Under the pieces are notes generated by a model. It was not told the origin of the DNA, searched no databases, and saw only the letters and a program-made list of their open reading frames with translations. A DNA stretch of 64,000 nucleotides from Geosiphon pyriformis uo1 (taxonomy: Eukaryota; Fungi; Glomeromycota), in NCBI GenBank assembly GCA_016748015.1, contig JAAOMT010000647.1, forward strand, positions 308,668 to 372,667, read 5' to 3'. The first letter of the stretch is position 1, and every line of letters begins with the position of its first letter. Both the position numbers and the translations under genes were made by a program. This document shows positions 38,330 to 53,008 of the stretch, in pieces.

Positions 38330-41300
38330 ATAATTCAAAATAGCCTAATTATATTAAAAAAAATTTCTATTTTCAATAAACCTATTTAATTGTTATAATA
38401 ATAATAATAATAATAATAATTTATTAAAAAGAAATAATATCTTTTTTAATTTAACCAAAATTAAAAACTTAAACAATTAATAAACATATATAATTTGTGT
38501 TTTTTTAATTTGCTTTTTAATTAATAAAATTTTGTATAAAGTTTTTTTAAAATTACAAATTATCTAATTATATAACAAAATCAAATTAAAATACAAATAA
38601 TGTTATTTGTTAAAAATTTAATTTAAAAATATTTTTTTAATTTTTATTATTAACTTAATATCAATTAAAAATTTTACAAATTATATTGATTATATAATTA
38701 TTAATAATACAATTTTTCAAATTTTTACATTAATTATTATAAAAAAGTTATATTAATTTACAAATATTACTAAATTCTATAATTATTTATTTATTACTTT
38801 AAAAAATTTAAGTAAATTTAAATAAATCAAATAAAATTTAAGTATTTTAAGTATTTTAAATAAATTTTTAAAAATATATGATTAGTATTATTTAAACAAA
38901 AAAATCAATAAAAATAATATTATTAGTTAATTTATTAAATATTAATGTTATATATTATATAATAACTAAAAATATTATAAAATACTATAAAATATCTAAA
39001 AATATTACAGATATTATAAAATTCTTAAGTAATACTTTAAAATTGTTAAAAATACCAAAAAATAATTAAACATACTAAAATTATTATAAAATATTTTATA
39101 TTATTAAAAATATGTATATATACAAATAATTTTAGTTAACAAAAAAAGTATTAAAAATTAAAAAAATTGTTTTTATTTTTAAGTTAAAATTATTTTTTTG
39201 ATTTATTATATATAAATTTAAATTATTATATTAATTAAATTTTTTATTTTATTTAATTATTTTTTTTAGATAAACAAAATTTAAAAAATATATAAACTAA
39301 AAAACCATTTAAAAAAACAACATATAATATTAAATATTTAAATTTAAGTTAATAAATATTTAATATTTTTATATTATTAAAATAATTTAAATAAATTTAA
39401 ATACAATTAATAATATCTTTACTAATAAAACATTTATAGCTATAAAAGCTACTTAATAATATTTTATAAAAGTGGTTTTTTAAATAAAATAATAATTAAT
39501 CAGTCTTTTGTTAATTTAAAACCATTTTTTTTGTTTTTCTTTTTACTGCTATTCAAATAATTAAAAAAGCCAAAATAATCAAGAAACAATTTCTTTAAAT
39601 TTTTGTTATATTTAATAACAATTTTTTGAAACGTTAAAAAGCTTTTTTTCTAATGTTTTTAGTAATTTTAATGTCTTAAAACCAGTTTTTTTAGCTCTTT
39701 TATTAGTTTTATATTATTAATATTAATTATAATATTTGGTTTTATTATAACTGTAAATAAAAAAATATTTTTTGTTTAGAATAATAATAATAAAAACATA
39801 TTAATTAATCTTAATTTAAATTAACTTTTGACTGTATTTGTTAATATATTAATTTTTAATTAATTTTTATTAGTTTTAAAAGCAAAACAAAACATGTTTT
39901 TAATAATACTTAGAAAATAATTACTGATTATTAAAAATTTACTAAGTAAATAACTATTTTAATGTTTAATATCTTTATTAAAATCAAAATAACTTATTTT
40001 AAAACTGTTTTTTAATCTGTATATTATTTTTTAGTGTAAAATTTATTTTTAAAATCAATAAATTGATTTTTTAAATTGGTAATAATACTTGTTTTATCTT
40101 TTATTTTAGATATATAATTGTGATTTTTGGTTTTAAAAAAAACTTGAATATTATAGTTATTAAAATTAGTATTTTAAAAAAATATTATATTTAATAAAAT
40201 ATTTTTGAATATTAATATTGTTTTAAATATTAGAATATAAATAATTTGATTTTAAATTGTAAAAATATTATTGTTTTTTTTTTTTAAATTTTTATTTAAA
40301 TTTGTAATTTTAAGTTTTTTAAATTTTGTTTTACTAATACTAAATCTTATATAAAAATTTCTGTCTTATTAATTTTTTTTGTTTTTGTTTTTTACTTATT
40401 TTTGCTATTATTATTATTAATTTTATAATTGGTTTTTATTTGGTTTCTTTGAAATTTAAAATAATTTTAATAATTAAATTAATTATTAACTCTATTAATA
40501 TTTTGATTTAATTAATAATTAAGTTAATTAATGCTTTTTTTGTTCTAATTGCAAATAAAATTAAATAATATTAGTAAATATATTAATTGTTTAGATTTAA
40601 AAATTGTTAAGCTTAAAACAAAATTTGGTTTTAATAGTAATAAAAAAACATTATAAATATTATTATTAATAAAAAAATATATATTTAAATAATAATTTTG
40701 TAAAAATTTTAAATATTTAATATAAAATTTTGTATTAATAAACTATTATATAATTAAATAGTTTATTGTGCAAAAAATGGCTTTTTGAGTAAATTTTTTA
40801 TTAAATTTAACTTATTTTGTTTTTAATTAATTTAAATAACTGATCATATATAAAAAATATATAAATTATAACTATATAGGAATTTTTGAATTTTTTTTCA
40901 TAATTAATAATTAAATTATACTTAATTAAAATATAAAATTTTTTTTTTAATGTAATTATGTTTTTATATTTATTTTTTATAAAATATTATCTTTTACTTA
41001 TTATAATTTATATATTATACAATTTTTTATAAAAAAAAGTTAATTCTATTAAATAATTTTACAATTTTAATATATATTAAAAAACATATAAAAAAGAATA
41101 GATTTAATATAAAATATTTTAAATTTTTTTATAAAATAATAAAAGTAGTTTTATAATTAAAAATTAAATATTTATTTGTAATAATATTAATATTTAAAAT
41201 TTTTTATTAAATACAAGTTTTTTATAGAATATAATCTTAATAATAATTAAATATTTTTTAAACCTTAAAATAATAATAGCAAATTTTTATTAATAATTAT

Positions 41301-42630
41301 TAAAAAACTAAAAATAAAACATATTTAATTGTTAATTTTAAAAATCAAATTATTAATTTTAAAACTACATAATTAAAATTATTATTTAATTTGGTTTTAA
41401 ATATATTATAAAAAACAAAATAATCTTAATAATATTTTTAATTATTAAATTCAAATAAATATATAAAATAGCTTTAAAAATTTTAAAAAATTAAAATAAA
41501 CAATAATATACTATAATAAAACTACTTAATAAAATAAGTAAAAACAATATTAAATTAAACAGTTATTTTAATTGTTAACTTTATATATATAAAAATTATA
41601 TTGTTATAATTAAAACTTTTAATTTTTAATTTTTAATTATTTATATTAATTATTAATATTATTAACCATTCTATTTTAAAGAGTAATTATTAATGTAATT
41701 ATTAACTTAATTATTATTATTTTTTAAAAATATATAAATAAAACTTTTTAAAACAATAAAAATTTATTTATACTTATTAAAAACAAAAATTAATATAATA
41801 ATATTAATTTTTTAATTTTTTTTCATATATATTTTTTTCTGATTTGTATAATTATTAGTTTTTATAAAATATATTAAATAAATATTTACTAAAAAGTATA
41901 ATTAAAACTTAATATTAAATTTTAAAAACACTAATATGAAATATAAAATTATATTAATATATTATTTTTTATTAAAATACAAATTATCTTTCTATATTTA
42001 GATTCTTTTATTAGTTTTTAAAAAAATAATAATTAAAATATTTATGAAATTAATTTTACATATTAAATTTTTATTAATTTAATTTACTTATTAAAGTTAA
42101 ATTATTTTATTATTATATTTATTATTATATAATACTATTTTTTTTGTATTTATTAGCTTGTTATTTTTAATTATAACAATATATAAATATGTATATTTTT
42201 AAAAATTACTTTTAAACCAAAAAAATCTTTAAAAATACTTAAAACATATTACAAAAATTATTTTTAAACAAATAAATAAATAAATGTTTTTGTGAAAATT
42301 TAGATATTATTATCATTAGAACTAATATTTTAATAAAAATATATTTAATAAAAGACTTTTAATTATTAATATAAATTTTTAAGTATTAAAATTTAAATTA
42401 AGTAATTTAAATTATAATGTGTTTTTATTTTTTTTTATTGAATGTTAAGATAAAAAATATTTTTGTAATTGGAAAAAATGTTAGCATTTTTAGAAAAATA
42501 ATTAATAATTTAAGCAAAAAGGTTGTTAAACTTATAGTAAAATATAATATAAATGATATAATTAATAATAATAATATGTTTTACAGCAACCAAATTCTTC
42601 TGTTAATAAGAAAAAATTTGCTAAAATAGT
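38330..42630. mobile_element. Extremely AT-rich decayed transposon block related to 20900-25350
   Basis: Shares degenerate segments with 21660-22300, 23960-24100 and 58440-58970. Near-complete loss of G/C. Confidence 0.45.
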
Positions 42631-42639
42631 AATATTTTG

Positions 42640-42788
42640 GAAGATGTAGGCTCTTAATATATAGCTTCAGCATAATATGGTTTTGATTGGTTCGAATGGC
42701 TGGTCACGTGTAGAAAGCTTATGAGCCATACTATTTTAGAGTATTTTATTTACTGTATAATAGTAGGTCGCACTCTTTAAAAAAAAAT
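42640..42788 (+). mobile_element. Short LINE 3'-terminal remnant with A-tail
   Basis: ttgattggttcgaatggctggtcacgtgtagaaa matches the LINE 3' UTR at 19871 (+) and 22815-22850 (-). It ends in taggtcgcactcttt followed by an A-run. Confidence 0.7.
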
Positions 42789-45700
42789 CAAATTCTTTTA
42801 AAATATTTTTATTCATTTAATTAATATTTTTTTAAATAATAAATTTATATAGAAACAAAATAAGATTTGTTTTATACCTTTATAAATTATTTAAAAAATT
42901 ATAAATTAAAATTAACCAATAATAAAAATTCTAAATATTAAAATAGTCAAATCAAAAATTTCACTAAAAAACTCTTGACTTGTACACTTTTATCAAAAAT
43001 TAGCACAATAATTTATTAAATTTGAATTAAAATTTTTATTTAACTAAATATATATATGAAAGCTTTACACAAGAAAATTGTAGAACAACAGCTGGAATTT
43101 GATAAATTTGATAAAATCAAAAAGCACATTTAAGATTGTAAGTATGAACTTTTCTTTTGTTAATGTTATTGTTATTTATTAACATAATTAGTGTGAAAAA
43201 CTTAAGCTGAGAAAATTTAAACAGAACTAAAAGTTTGGCTATATAAACGCTTTTAAAAATAGGCTATATTGTTTTGCTATCATTGGATCAAGATGTGTAA
43301 GTTCCAGTTTCTAGTGTATAACTTCTTAAACTTAAAATTATCAAAGATAGCTTATTATAAGAAAATTATAGCAAAGTAAGTGTATAGGCTTTCTAAATTA
43401 TAGCGTTTTATAGTATCTTAACTGCGTCTCACTTTTGAATTATTATTATTGGTTTTTAATCAGTTTTTTAAAAAAAAATTATTTTTTTAAATTTTCCTAA
43501 AAGATAAAGAATATCTTTAAAAGTAAACTATTAATGAATGAAGATTTTTAATAATAACTTATTATTTTATTTTCGAAATTAACATTATTCACGAGTATTA
43601 ATAATTTTTAAGAAATCTATAATAAAATTTTGAATTTTCTAAAAGCGAAAAGAGATTAGAAATAATAAATCTTAAGAAATAGCTGGTAAATAAGTATTTT
43701 TTAGATATAATTGAAAAACCTTTATAAAAGGTTTTAATGTTTGATTACTAAATTTAAGTGTTGTATATTTTTAACACCATATTTCTTCAATTCATTGTGA
43801 AATCCTTTTAAAGGTTTATAAAACTAGATATTGAAATTAATTAATTTATATAACTGGCTTACCCGTTAGAAAGGATTAAATTTTATAAAATATTTTCATA
43901 TATCTTTAATTAATCTAGTTTCGGCGGATACCTAGTCAAAATAGAGAGCCCGCTCTTTAAAAAAAGCATTCTATTTAAAAAGAATCTCTCTTTCAAAGTT
44001 CCTAGTAATTAATTTTGCCGAGCATTAATATATTTATTCTACTCTCTATTATTACATATAGATTAATTATACTTCATTATATTGGTTCATGGTGATTCGC
44101 ACTTATAAAAGTTACTATAACATACGCAATTAATTTAGATCTTGGATTGAGTTAACCCACAAACTCAGAATAAAACTAGGATAAAATAATATTTAGAACG
44201 ATTGTATTGCTGAGCTCATTGAAAAGTGTCATTATCCCAATCTATTGAATAGCCTTAAAGTTAGATGTATAATAAAAAGCCTAAAATTGAGAGCTACAGT
44301 TTAATTGATTAGAAAAACACAGAAAAATACCAAAAAACCGACGAAATATTGAATATATCCAGGTAGAGTATATCTAAGTTGCATCTCAAGTTTCTAGAAA
44401 AGTGAATCAATTTTTTGAATTAGTTAATATGTTAATTTGATTTTACTTTTCAATAAATTTAGTGTATTTAAAAGTTAAAAAAAATTTCATGGTGTTATTT
44501 AATGCTTATTTGCTATCTATCATAGTTATTTTAAATTTATATAATAAAAAATAAATTAGTTGAAAATTTAATTTTGATACAACTTCTTTTTAAAAATGCT
44601 TTTAATCTTCCTTTTTATTAATATTTAATAAAGAAGATTTAGACCTAAGTTTATTGATAAAAATTAAAATTAAATCCTTATTGTGAAGATGTACAAAGTC
44701 TATCAATTTTTAATGTTATTTTCTAAAAAAAACTTAACCAATTTTTGTATTAAGTTATTAACTTTTAAATTGTCTTGCTTAATCTTTATATTTTTGAACA
44801 AAAGGCAAGCATTATATTTTTTTTAAATATAATAATATTCATAATAAGTTTATTAATTTTTAAATAATTTATATTGTAAAAAATATTTGACTTGATTACT
44901 TTTCCAAATCAGTTATTTTGATTTCGTTAAATTCAAAACTTAATAATACAATAAACAGAATAATTGAAGTATTTTCCAAAAATAGTAAAAGAAAAGTGCT
45001 TTTGCTTTTGTTTATTTTAAATAACTGGTTTTTTCCTTAATTTCTACTTTTTTAGTTTAATTTGGACATTTAAAAGTTGTGGGAATTTTATAAAAAATGG
45101 TTTGTTTGATTTTTTAATTTATGAATTTTTTTAAATAAATGTTTCTAAAAAGATTCTTGAATATTTAGATTATTTATTAAACTGTTAATGTTGTTAATTA
45201 TTGGAAGTTTTATAAATAAGCATTTTTTTTTGTAATTTTCATTTTTTCGTCATTTATTCTTTTTATTTCTCATAAGTACTGTTATTCTAGGTTAACTTGT
45301 AATAATTTAAAAAATTTACAGATTGTTTATGTATTTCATAAAATAATTCATTTTGTCTTATACAAAATCTTATTTTATTTATTTATTTGAAATTGAACTC
45401 TGCCAATTAGACTTGAAATTCTAAAAAACCTATCACTAAAATATCTAAAAAATACTTTCACATAGAATATAAATTTAGCTAAAAATAATTTTTATGACGG
45501 TTATTTTATATTTTTCTGAAGGTTAAAATTAATAAATAAAACAATCTTTTTTAGGTTTTTACCAAAAGATATTAATCATTGAAAACCTTGCATATTTTAT
45601 GTTTGCAAAAAGTACAGCTTTAGAACTATAATTTTGAAATATTAAACTGCGTTATCAAAAAAAATGTTTATAATTATTAATTTATCTTATATATCCATCA

Positions 45701-45795
45701 CCCGAAAAAAATACAGTTGTAATCCTAAATATAGATGATGAAGTTTTCCAGAATTCATTTCCTATGCGATTTTTGAAAAAATAATTTTTAAAATA

Positions 45796-47274
45796 TCACT
45801 CTTCGCGAATAGATTCTATTATGCTTTCTCGATTCCACATATAAGCTGTTGTAATTTTAAACTATAGATAACAAATAATTTACTTTTTAAAAAAATATCA
45901 AAAAGATTAGAATTTCTTCATACTATACCTATATCTAATACTGTTCTCCCATGCCTATCCCTAATATCTTTTCGAGCCTTATATTGGTTAACTAATAATG
46001 CAAATATCTTCTCGTGTCCCTCTTTAGCTGCAAAATGTAAAGGTGTCCACAAGTCCCATTCATCTCTAGCATCGACATCAACATCAACATCAACATCAAT
46101 CTCAATCTCAATCTCTAAATTTCTATCCGCTTTCTTTTTTCTCTTCTCTTTGCTTATTAATAAAAATTTGATAACCTCTGCATTTCCAGTCATGGCAGAA
46201 TGATGTATCGCCTGTCTTCCCAATTTATTCTTGCATTTAGATCAATTTTATAATCTTCTAAAAGCGTTTTAATGAGCCGTAAATTTCCAGATATCACAGC
46301 ATTCTGAAAAAGGTTAATTCCAGAATTATCAGATGTCATTAAAAGGATGTCCAAATGTGCAGTGTTATAAAAATGAAGATTAGAATTTGAGAAATACCCT
46401 AGGAAAAATAGAACAATATCGAAATTTTTATAGAGTGCAGCAGTATGTATTGGTAATCGGCCTGAATTACTTGATGTAAATACAGTTTCCGACGAGAGTA
46501 ATGTAAAGTATTTCACAAGAGCTAAATGACCTTGAAATTATAAGTAATTATAACATAAAAATTAAATAATTAACATTTGATAAAGGCAAAAATTAAAAAT
46601 ATTGATAAATGGAACCTTCTTTTAAAGCCAGATGAAGACTATTCCAGCTATCTTTATTTTTAGATTAACTCTGAACTAATTCTTTCGCGATGTCAATTCT
46701 CCCCTTCATCGCTAGAAATAAATATATCGAAATCAGAAATAAACCTAATAGAAAACAGAGAATCTCAAATTTATCAAATATAATTATCCTTACCTGAAAT
46801 CATTAAAGGTGTCCATCCGCCATGTTTTATACAATTTACATCTATATTCGAATGATGACATAAAAACTTAACACATTCTAAATCTTCAATTACTTCATGA
46901 AGTGGTTGCCTTCCTGAGTTTAAAAAGATGTGCTCGTTTACTTAATCTAATAGTGGTAACTTTCAAAAATGTGGTTATTTGAGTTTTTGCATACCATGAA
47001 TATTAACTCCTGTAACATCTGCACTAAATTCGTTCACAAACAATTTCAAAATATCAATTGCATAGTAAAGTGCTGCAAAATGTACCAATGTATCACCATA
47101 TTGGTCTTTTTTAACAATTATTTGTTTAGCTGCTTTTTTAAGGCAGTCTATGCTCATATTTGAAAGGATAGATGTTAAAATTTGATGAATTTTTGTGGGA
47201 TTATTAGTTTGAATAAACTATAATAAAGAGGTTTTGCCATGTATTTCTAGATGTGAAATTTGATTTTCATTCAT
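45796..47274 (-). pseudogene. Ankyrin-repeat gene (ANKRD16-like) with multiple disabling lesions
   Basis: Repeats GDTLVHFAA, GRQPLHEV, GWTPLMIS, WNSLHLA, GRLPIHTAA, GRQAIHHSA and WTPLHFAAKEGH. In-frame TAG at 47218-47220, TAA at 46665-46667, and a frameshift near 46228. Confidence 0.8.
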
Positions 47275-47280
47275 TGTAAA

Positions 47281-48414
47281 GTAGAACTTTCAGATTATAA
47301 TGCAAAATATGGTATGAGTAAAAGAGGCAAAAGGCCTTAAATCGGAGACTGTATAAATTGGTGATAAGTTAGAGATGATCATGATAATCATGATAATTAT
47401 GCAATATGGGAGGTTTGTTTACTAAATTCGCGAGATTAAGACCAACCTCACAGTTATTGAAATTAAGGATAATATCTGGCAATTGAAATAACGCGAAAAA
47501 TAGTATAATTAATTTGATAATAGGGGCAAACGTTTACTCGGATCAATCCCAAATCTCAAATCTCAGAGAACTTTGCATTAAAGAATTAAGCAACACATTA
47601 TAAAAATTGTGAAACGAGTAATTGAGGATGAGCTATAAAACTTAAATTTAATTTTTTTTGAATTAAAATGAATGATCTAAAAAGTCATTTTAAATAGACA
47701 CAAAATATAAACACACTCAAAGCTATGTTATTTTCTAAAATATATTAGAAAGATTATTCATTTTTTGACATTCCTTCTTTCTGTTTTAAGTTTTAATTAT
47801 AAGCAAGATCTTATTGGTCCTAACCAGTAATGCTCAAAGTTTCAGGTTATAGGGAAGGTTTTTGACATAAAAATTAGTTAAGGCAAATTGTCTTAGGAAG
47901 GAAAACGCGGCACTCAAATATTCGATTAAACCCTCACACACAGAGTTCAAACCCTCTGTGGGGCAAATCAAATATAGATTATCTGTCCGGGAAGACATAA
48001 AACTATCCGTCGATGGAAGATGACGTTAATTAACCCATCTGATATGATGTAAATCTACCCATCTGATATGATGTAAATCTTCCATCCGAAATGATGTAAA
48101 ACTATGTTTTTTTTCATCTAGTATGACGTAAACCCATCCGGAACGATGTATAACTATCGGCCACATTAAATAAACCCATCCGAAATGATGTAATCTATCC
48201 GTCAAAGGAAAATGACGTTATTCACCATTCGCAATGATGATAATAATTCTGACCCCTAAACATAATATAAAAGTTTTTTTTTATTCGCAAATAAAAATCT
48301 CATTTTATAATATGTTTCGTAAATAAACTAGCTAAAGAACAAAAAAAGATAAAGAAGGTTTTTAACCCAAATCCACGGCTTTGCCAAAATTATTTAGCCA
48401 AATTTGAAAAATAT
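47281..48414 (+). repeat. Left arm of a long inverted repeat (copy A)
   Basis: Reverse complement of 53009-54318. Begins gtagaactttcagattataatgcaaaatatgg and ends gccaaaattatttagccaaatttg. Confidence 0.93.
48000..48245 (+). repeat. Array of degenerate ~20-24 bp units (consensus CCCATCYGAWATGATGTAAA) inside the repeat
   Basis: Units include cccatctgatatgatgtaaatct x2, ccatccgaaatgatgtaaa, catctagtatgacgtaaa, cccatccggaacgatgtata and cccatccgaaatgatgtaat. Also present in copies B and C. Confidence 0.88.
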
Positions 48415-51400
48415 ACTTTTTTACTCTTTTTGAATTCAAAATTTTATTAACTTTAAATTTAACAAGTTATTTTAAATGAATCGAATTTCTTGTAACTTAA
48501 CTTATTACAAAGTTAAATTGTTTTAATATTGTATTATAAAAGCCAAACTTTAATAATTATTTCAAATTTCAGTGTTTTTTGATGTCATTTATTTGTTTTT
48601 TCTTTATATTTATTGATATTATTTTCAGGTTTACAGATTAATATTTTTTTAAATCTCTTAAATCTTAGCAATATATTTTTTAACAATAAAATTTACTGAT
48701 TTTCTGATATAAAGAATTTCATCTATCATTTTAATTGAAATTTAGAAGATGCTATTGTATGTTAATAATACTAGATTGAACCAATTATTTTGTTGATAAT
48801 TCATAAAACATTATAAGTACTATACTAAAATATAATTAATATTTTTATCTAACTATTGGTTTAAGAGTAAAATATTAAAGATTACAAAATTTTAATATCA
48901 AAAAACTCAAAAAACAATTTTAAAATCAAAACACAAATTAAAAATCAATCTTTAAAACCATTTTAAAATAAGTAAAAATTGTAATAAACTAAAAAGCAAA
49001 TTATAAAAAAATTTGAACCAAAAGCAAATATTACATAATTTTATGTATATTTTTATAAACTTTTTTTACTGTGGCTACTAAAATCTTTTAATAATTAACT
49101 TAAAAATTTTACCAACTTCAAAGTATTAGGTTATTGTAATTTTATTCAAGACTTGCAATCATTTGAGCTCTTTTAATTCATATATTTTATAATAGATAAA
49201 ATAGAATTCAAAATATTATTAATAATTTTCTTGGCAAAATTATTAATACTTGTTATTTAATTGCTTTTAAAAGCTTTAAATCAACACAAAAGGAAAAAAA
49301 AGCAGCAATTTCCAATTTTTTAGCTTTGAATAACATAGTTTTTTGTTAATCATAAATTTCATTACTTTTTTTTCAAATAATGTAAAAAAGTATTTATTTT
49401 GTTCTGGAATAATAAGAAATTTTGAATTAAAATCTCCTAAAAAAATTGACCATTAGACTTGCTATTAATTAAGTGTTTGTATTATTATAAAATACTAAAG
49501 ATTTTTGTAATTATAAAAACAAAAGTAAAAATTTGTTTTAAAATTTAAATACATTGTTAACTTAGGATGATCATATAAAAAAATTTTACTTTTTTGGTTA
49601 AAACAGTCAATAGTGTTACTATCTTTGAATAATTATTAATAAAAATCGGCAAATCCAAAGAATTTTTGAACATTTTTTACAAAACAAAGCATTTTCTAAT
49701 CCAAAATTGTTTAATTCCTCTTAAAATCTATTAAAAAAAACGATATACTTAAGTAATTCAACTTAAAACTGGTTAAACTTGTATTTCTTACGCTTAATAT
49801 ATAATTTACACTGTTATAATTACTTTAATATTTGACATATATATATTTTATGCTTTTTTTGGTTTTTGGAATAAATAAAAATTAATTTAAAAATATTATT
49901 TATTAAATATTAAAACACAGCAGAAGCATTTGTTAATTTAAAAAGCACAATTAAATACTTAAAATAGTTATAATGCATTTAAAAAGTCATTTTTTATTCA
50001 TTTTTTATACTAAGTTGTAAATATTTCAAAGATCAATCTTTGTAAATACACAAACAAAATATAACTGATCCAATAAATTCAAAATTAAAAGTAATAAATA
50101 TGGATTTTGGCTTTAAAAAATTATAGATTAGTCTAAATAAAGAAGTTTTACTTTTTACCAATTTAATAAAACAATTATACAAATAATGTTTTAGTAATAG
50201 ATTAGCTTATTTCTTAATTCAATATATTAATGTATTTATAATAACTAATTAGTAACTTTAAATTATTAGCAAGTTCTGAATTATGCTTTTTTACTAATAA
50301 TAAAGTTTTTTCAGAATTTTTTGATTAACAGCTATTGATATTTTAAATACATTGAAAAATTTAATAATATGTGTTTTTTAATTAATCAATAAATTATGCA
50401 GCTGCAACCAAGATAACTTTAAAATAATAGTATAATTTAGACTTTTAATAACATTGAAAATAATTTTTTGATGTTTAATAATAACAAAAATTAACTACTG
50501 AATATTTTAATTAATATTTTTTATATAATAAAACATTTATTAATAACTTCTAATAATATAGGATGTTGTTTTTTAATGAACAAAATATTATGTTAAACTG
50601 CAAGATTCTAATCAATAAAACAAGAAATAACATTTGAGTTTCTGTAATTATACTAAGACTAAACTTGATAGTCTAAATTAACAGTATAGTTAAACTAAAA
50701 CCATAACTAGAAATATCAAACTGTTAATAGATGTTGGATTTTAAAACTAAAACAGAAACTTGCTCTGAAGCAATAATAGATTTAATTTACTATACTAACA
50801 GAACTTTAAATACTAGTTACAGAAGTTAGAATATACAAATATATAGTCCTTACTGCATTTAAACCTAATTATTTTTTGGCAAAGCTGTTAAAATTTTATT
50901 AACTAGTTTCATAAAACATTAATGAACAATATGACCAGATTTTTTACAATATAAACAGAAATTATTACTCCACCAACGAATTTTTTTCGCTTCTGTAAGT
51001 GGTTTGTAACAAGTTGTATTAATTTGTATTGAATTATCTCAAAATAAAACTGACAGCCAACTATCTACAGAGGATTAAACAGATACAGAATTACCAGCAT
51101 AATTTCGAAAACTTCATTCCTTATGATGTTCAAGGAGTCAATTATTACAACAAATTGTATTTCCAATAGCTTTACTTAATATACTGGCATTCAACAAGGT
51201 TAGCAACAAGTCTTGAACATTATTACACAACTTAAAACAGAATTAATTAATTAATTAATTAATGTTTTCTCTTTTCAATTAACATTACATACAAGCAGCT
51301 AAAATTTTGCAGCATATATCGCAACAGACTGATTCTTTTGTTAAAAGTGACATAACTGGTTGGCCAAAACTCAGACCTTGTCTGTATTCACAAAGCTGAT

Positions 51401-53008
51401 CCACAAAGGTTCTGAAACAGTCTGGAATTTCTCTGATCAACTATTTCCTCGTAACAATTAACCTCTTGGTATTTATATAAATTTTCTTCTTATGTTAATT
51501 ATTAATAAATCATTAATTCAACTGTTAATTTTTAATCATATATATGAAATAGTATTAATTATTGTGCATTTGTATATTTATAATGAATTATTTGTTTATT
51601 TTTAAATTATTGTTAAAAATAATTGTAATTTAACAAAGCCAAATTTTTTTAAATGATTTTATATTATTATATTTATATTAAATCTTTTACTTAAATGTAT
51701 TGTTCAAATGTTTTTACATAAATTATGAAAGCTCGTTAAAACTTATAAGACAATTTTATTAATTAAAATTGTAAATATTAAATAAGTGATCAATGTTTTT
51801 AGTTTTAAAAAATTGGTAATTATGTTCCACTCGAGTATAATTCATAAATATTTAAGTAAAAATATTAGATTTTTGCAAATTTAATGGTTATTTATTCATT
51901 GTATATTTTATATTAATATAGAGTATATTTATTTTTTGGACCCAATCAACTAATTTTTAAAAAGAAAATTGAATCAAGTAGAATTATTTTAATTTTAATT
52001 ATATTATATGCAACTTGGTTATAAATATTTAATTATTTGCTATTAATATCAAAGCAATATTAAAAAAAAACTTGCATTAACTATAAATTTATTGATGATA
52101 TTAATTTTTATCTTAATAATAAAAGCTATGCTAAAAATTGTCAATATTATTGTAAAGAGACTCTATACAAATAATTATATTATTTAAATATAAATATAAA
52201 AAATAAATTAAATCATTCAAATTTTAAATATTTAGAAACAATTTAGATTTACATGAATTTTAGTTTGTTATATCACTACTTAAGATGGCTTTTTTTAAAG
52301 CAATAACTTTCAATAATTTCTTTGAAAATAGGTCAGTTTATAATAGCTGTACAAATATAATTAAGAGAATTTCACTAGCTTATTTCTAATAAAATTTTTT
52401 TTGGTATTTTTGAGTGAATTGCAGATTTTCAATGAATCAAATAGAAACAAATACATAGCAGCTAAAAATTATTTTATAACTATTAATTAAATGGATAAAT
52501 TTATAATTGTTAATTATAATAAACTATTTCTATTATTTCTTAAAAAGAAAAGCATTTTCAATCAAAAAATTCATTGTCAAACGATTACTAGTTTTCATTC
52601 TAAAAAATAGTCACTTATAAAAGAAATTTTACTAATAAAAATAAAAGATTTAGAGCTTTTATTCTGAAAGCTATCTCAGATATTACCTAGTTTTTTATTA
52701 AAAGAATTTAATTATATGCTAATAAGATATAAAATAATGAGAGAGAGCACTTCAGTTTTTTAATATTGAAAATATCCATTACGAAAAGACGAAGGAATTT
52801 TCTCTTATATTAACATCCTATGAAACTTCTCTTGGAGGAATTTGCTGCTTCCGTATTTGCAGGTCTACTCACCAGAATGGATTGTAATGAGTTTATTGGT
52901 AGCTTTTTGGATAACTCATATTTTATTTTGGAGTAGCATAAATCATGATAACGAAAAACTGAAAACAGATTGCCAAGGAAAATATTAGACGTATCGTTCG
53001 AAAAAAGC

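Noticed and set aside
42900-44400. Moderately GC-containing scraps with possible splice sites
   Set aside because: Could not reconstruct a frame or assign a family.
48000-48245. CRISPR-like repeat/spacer appearance
   Set aside because: Units are degenerate, often abut directly, linkers are irregular, there are no cas genes and the context is eukaryotic.
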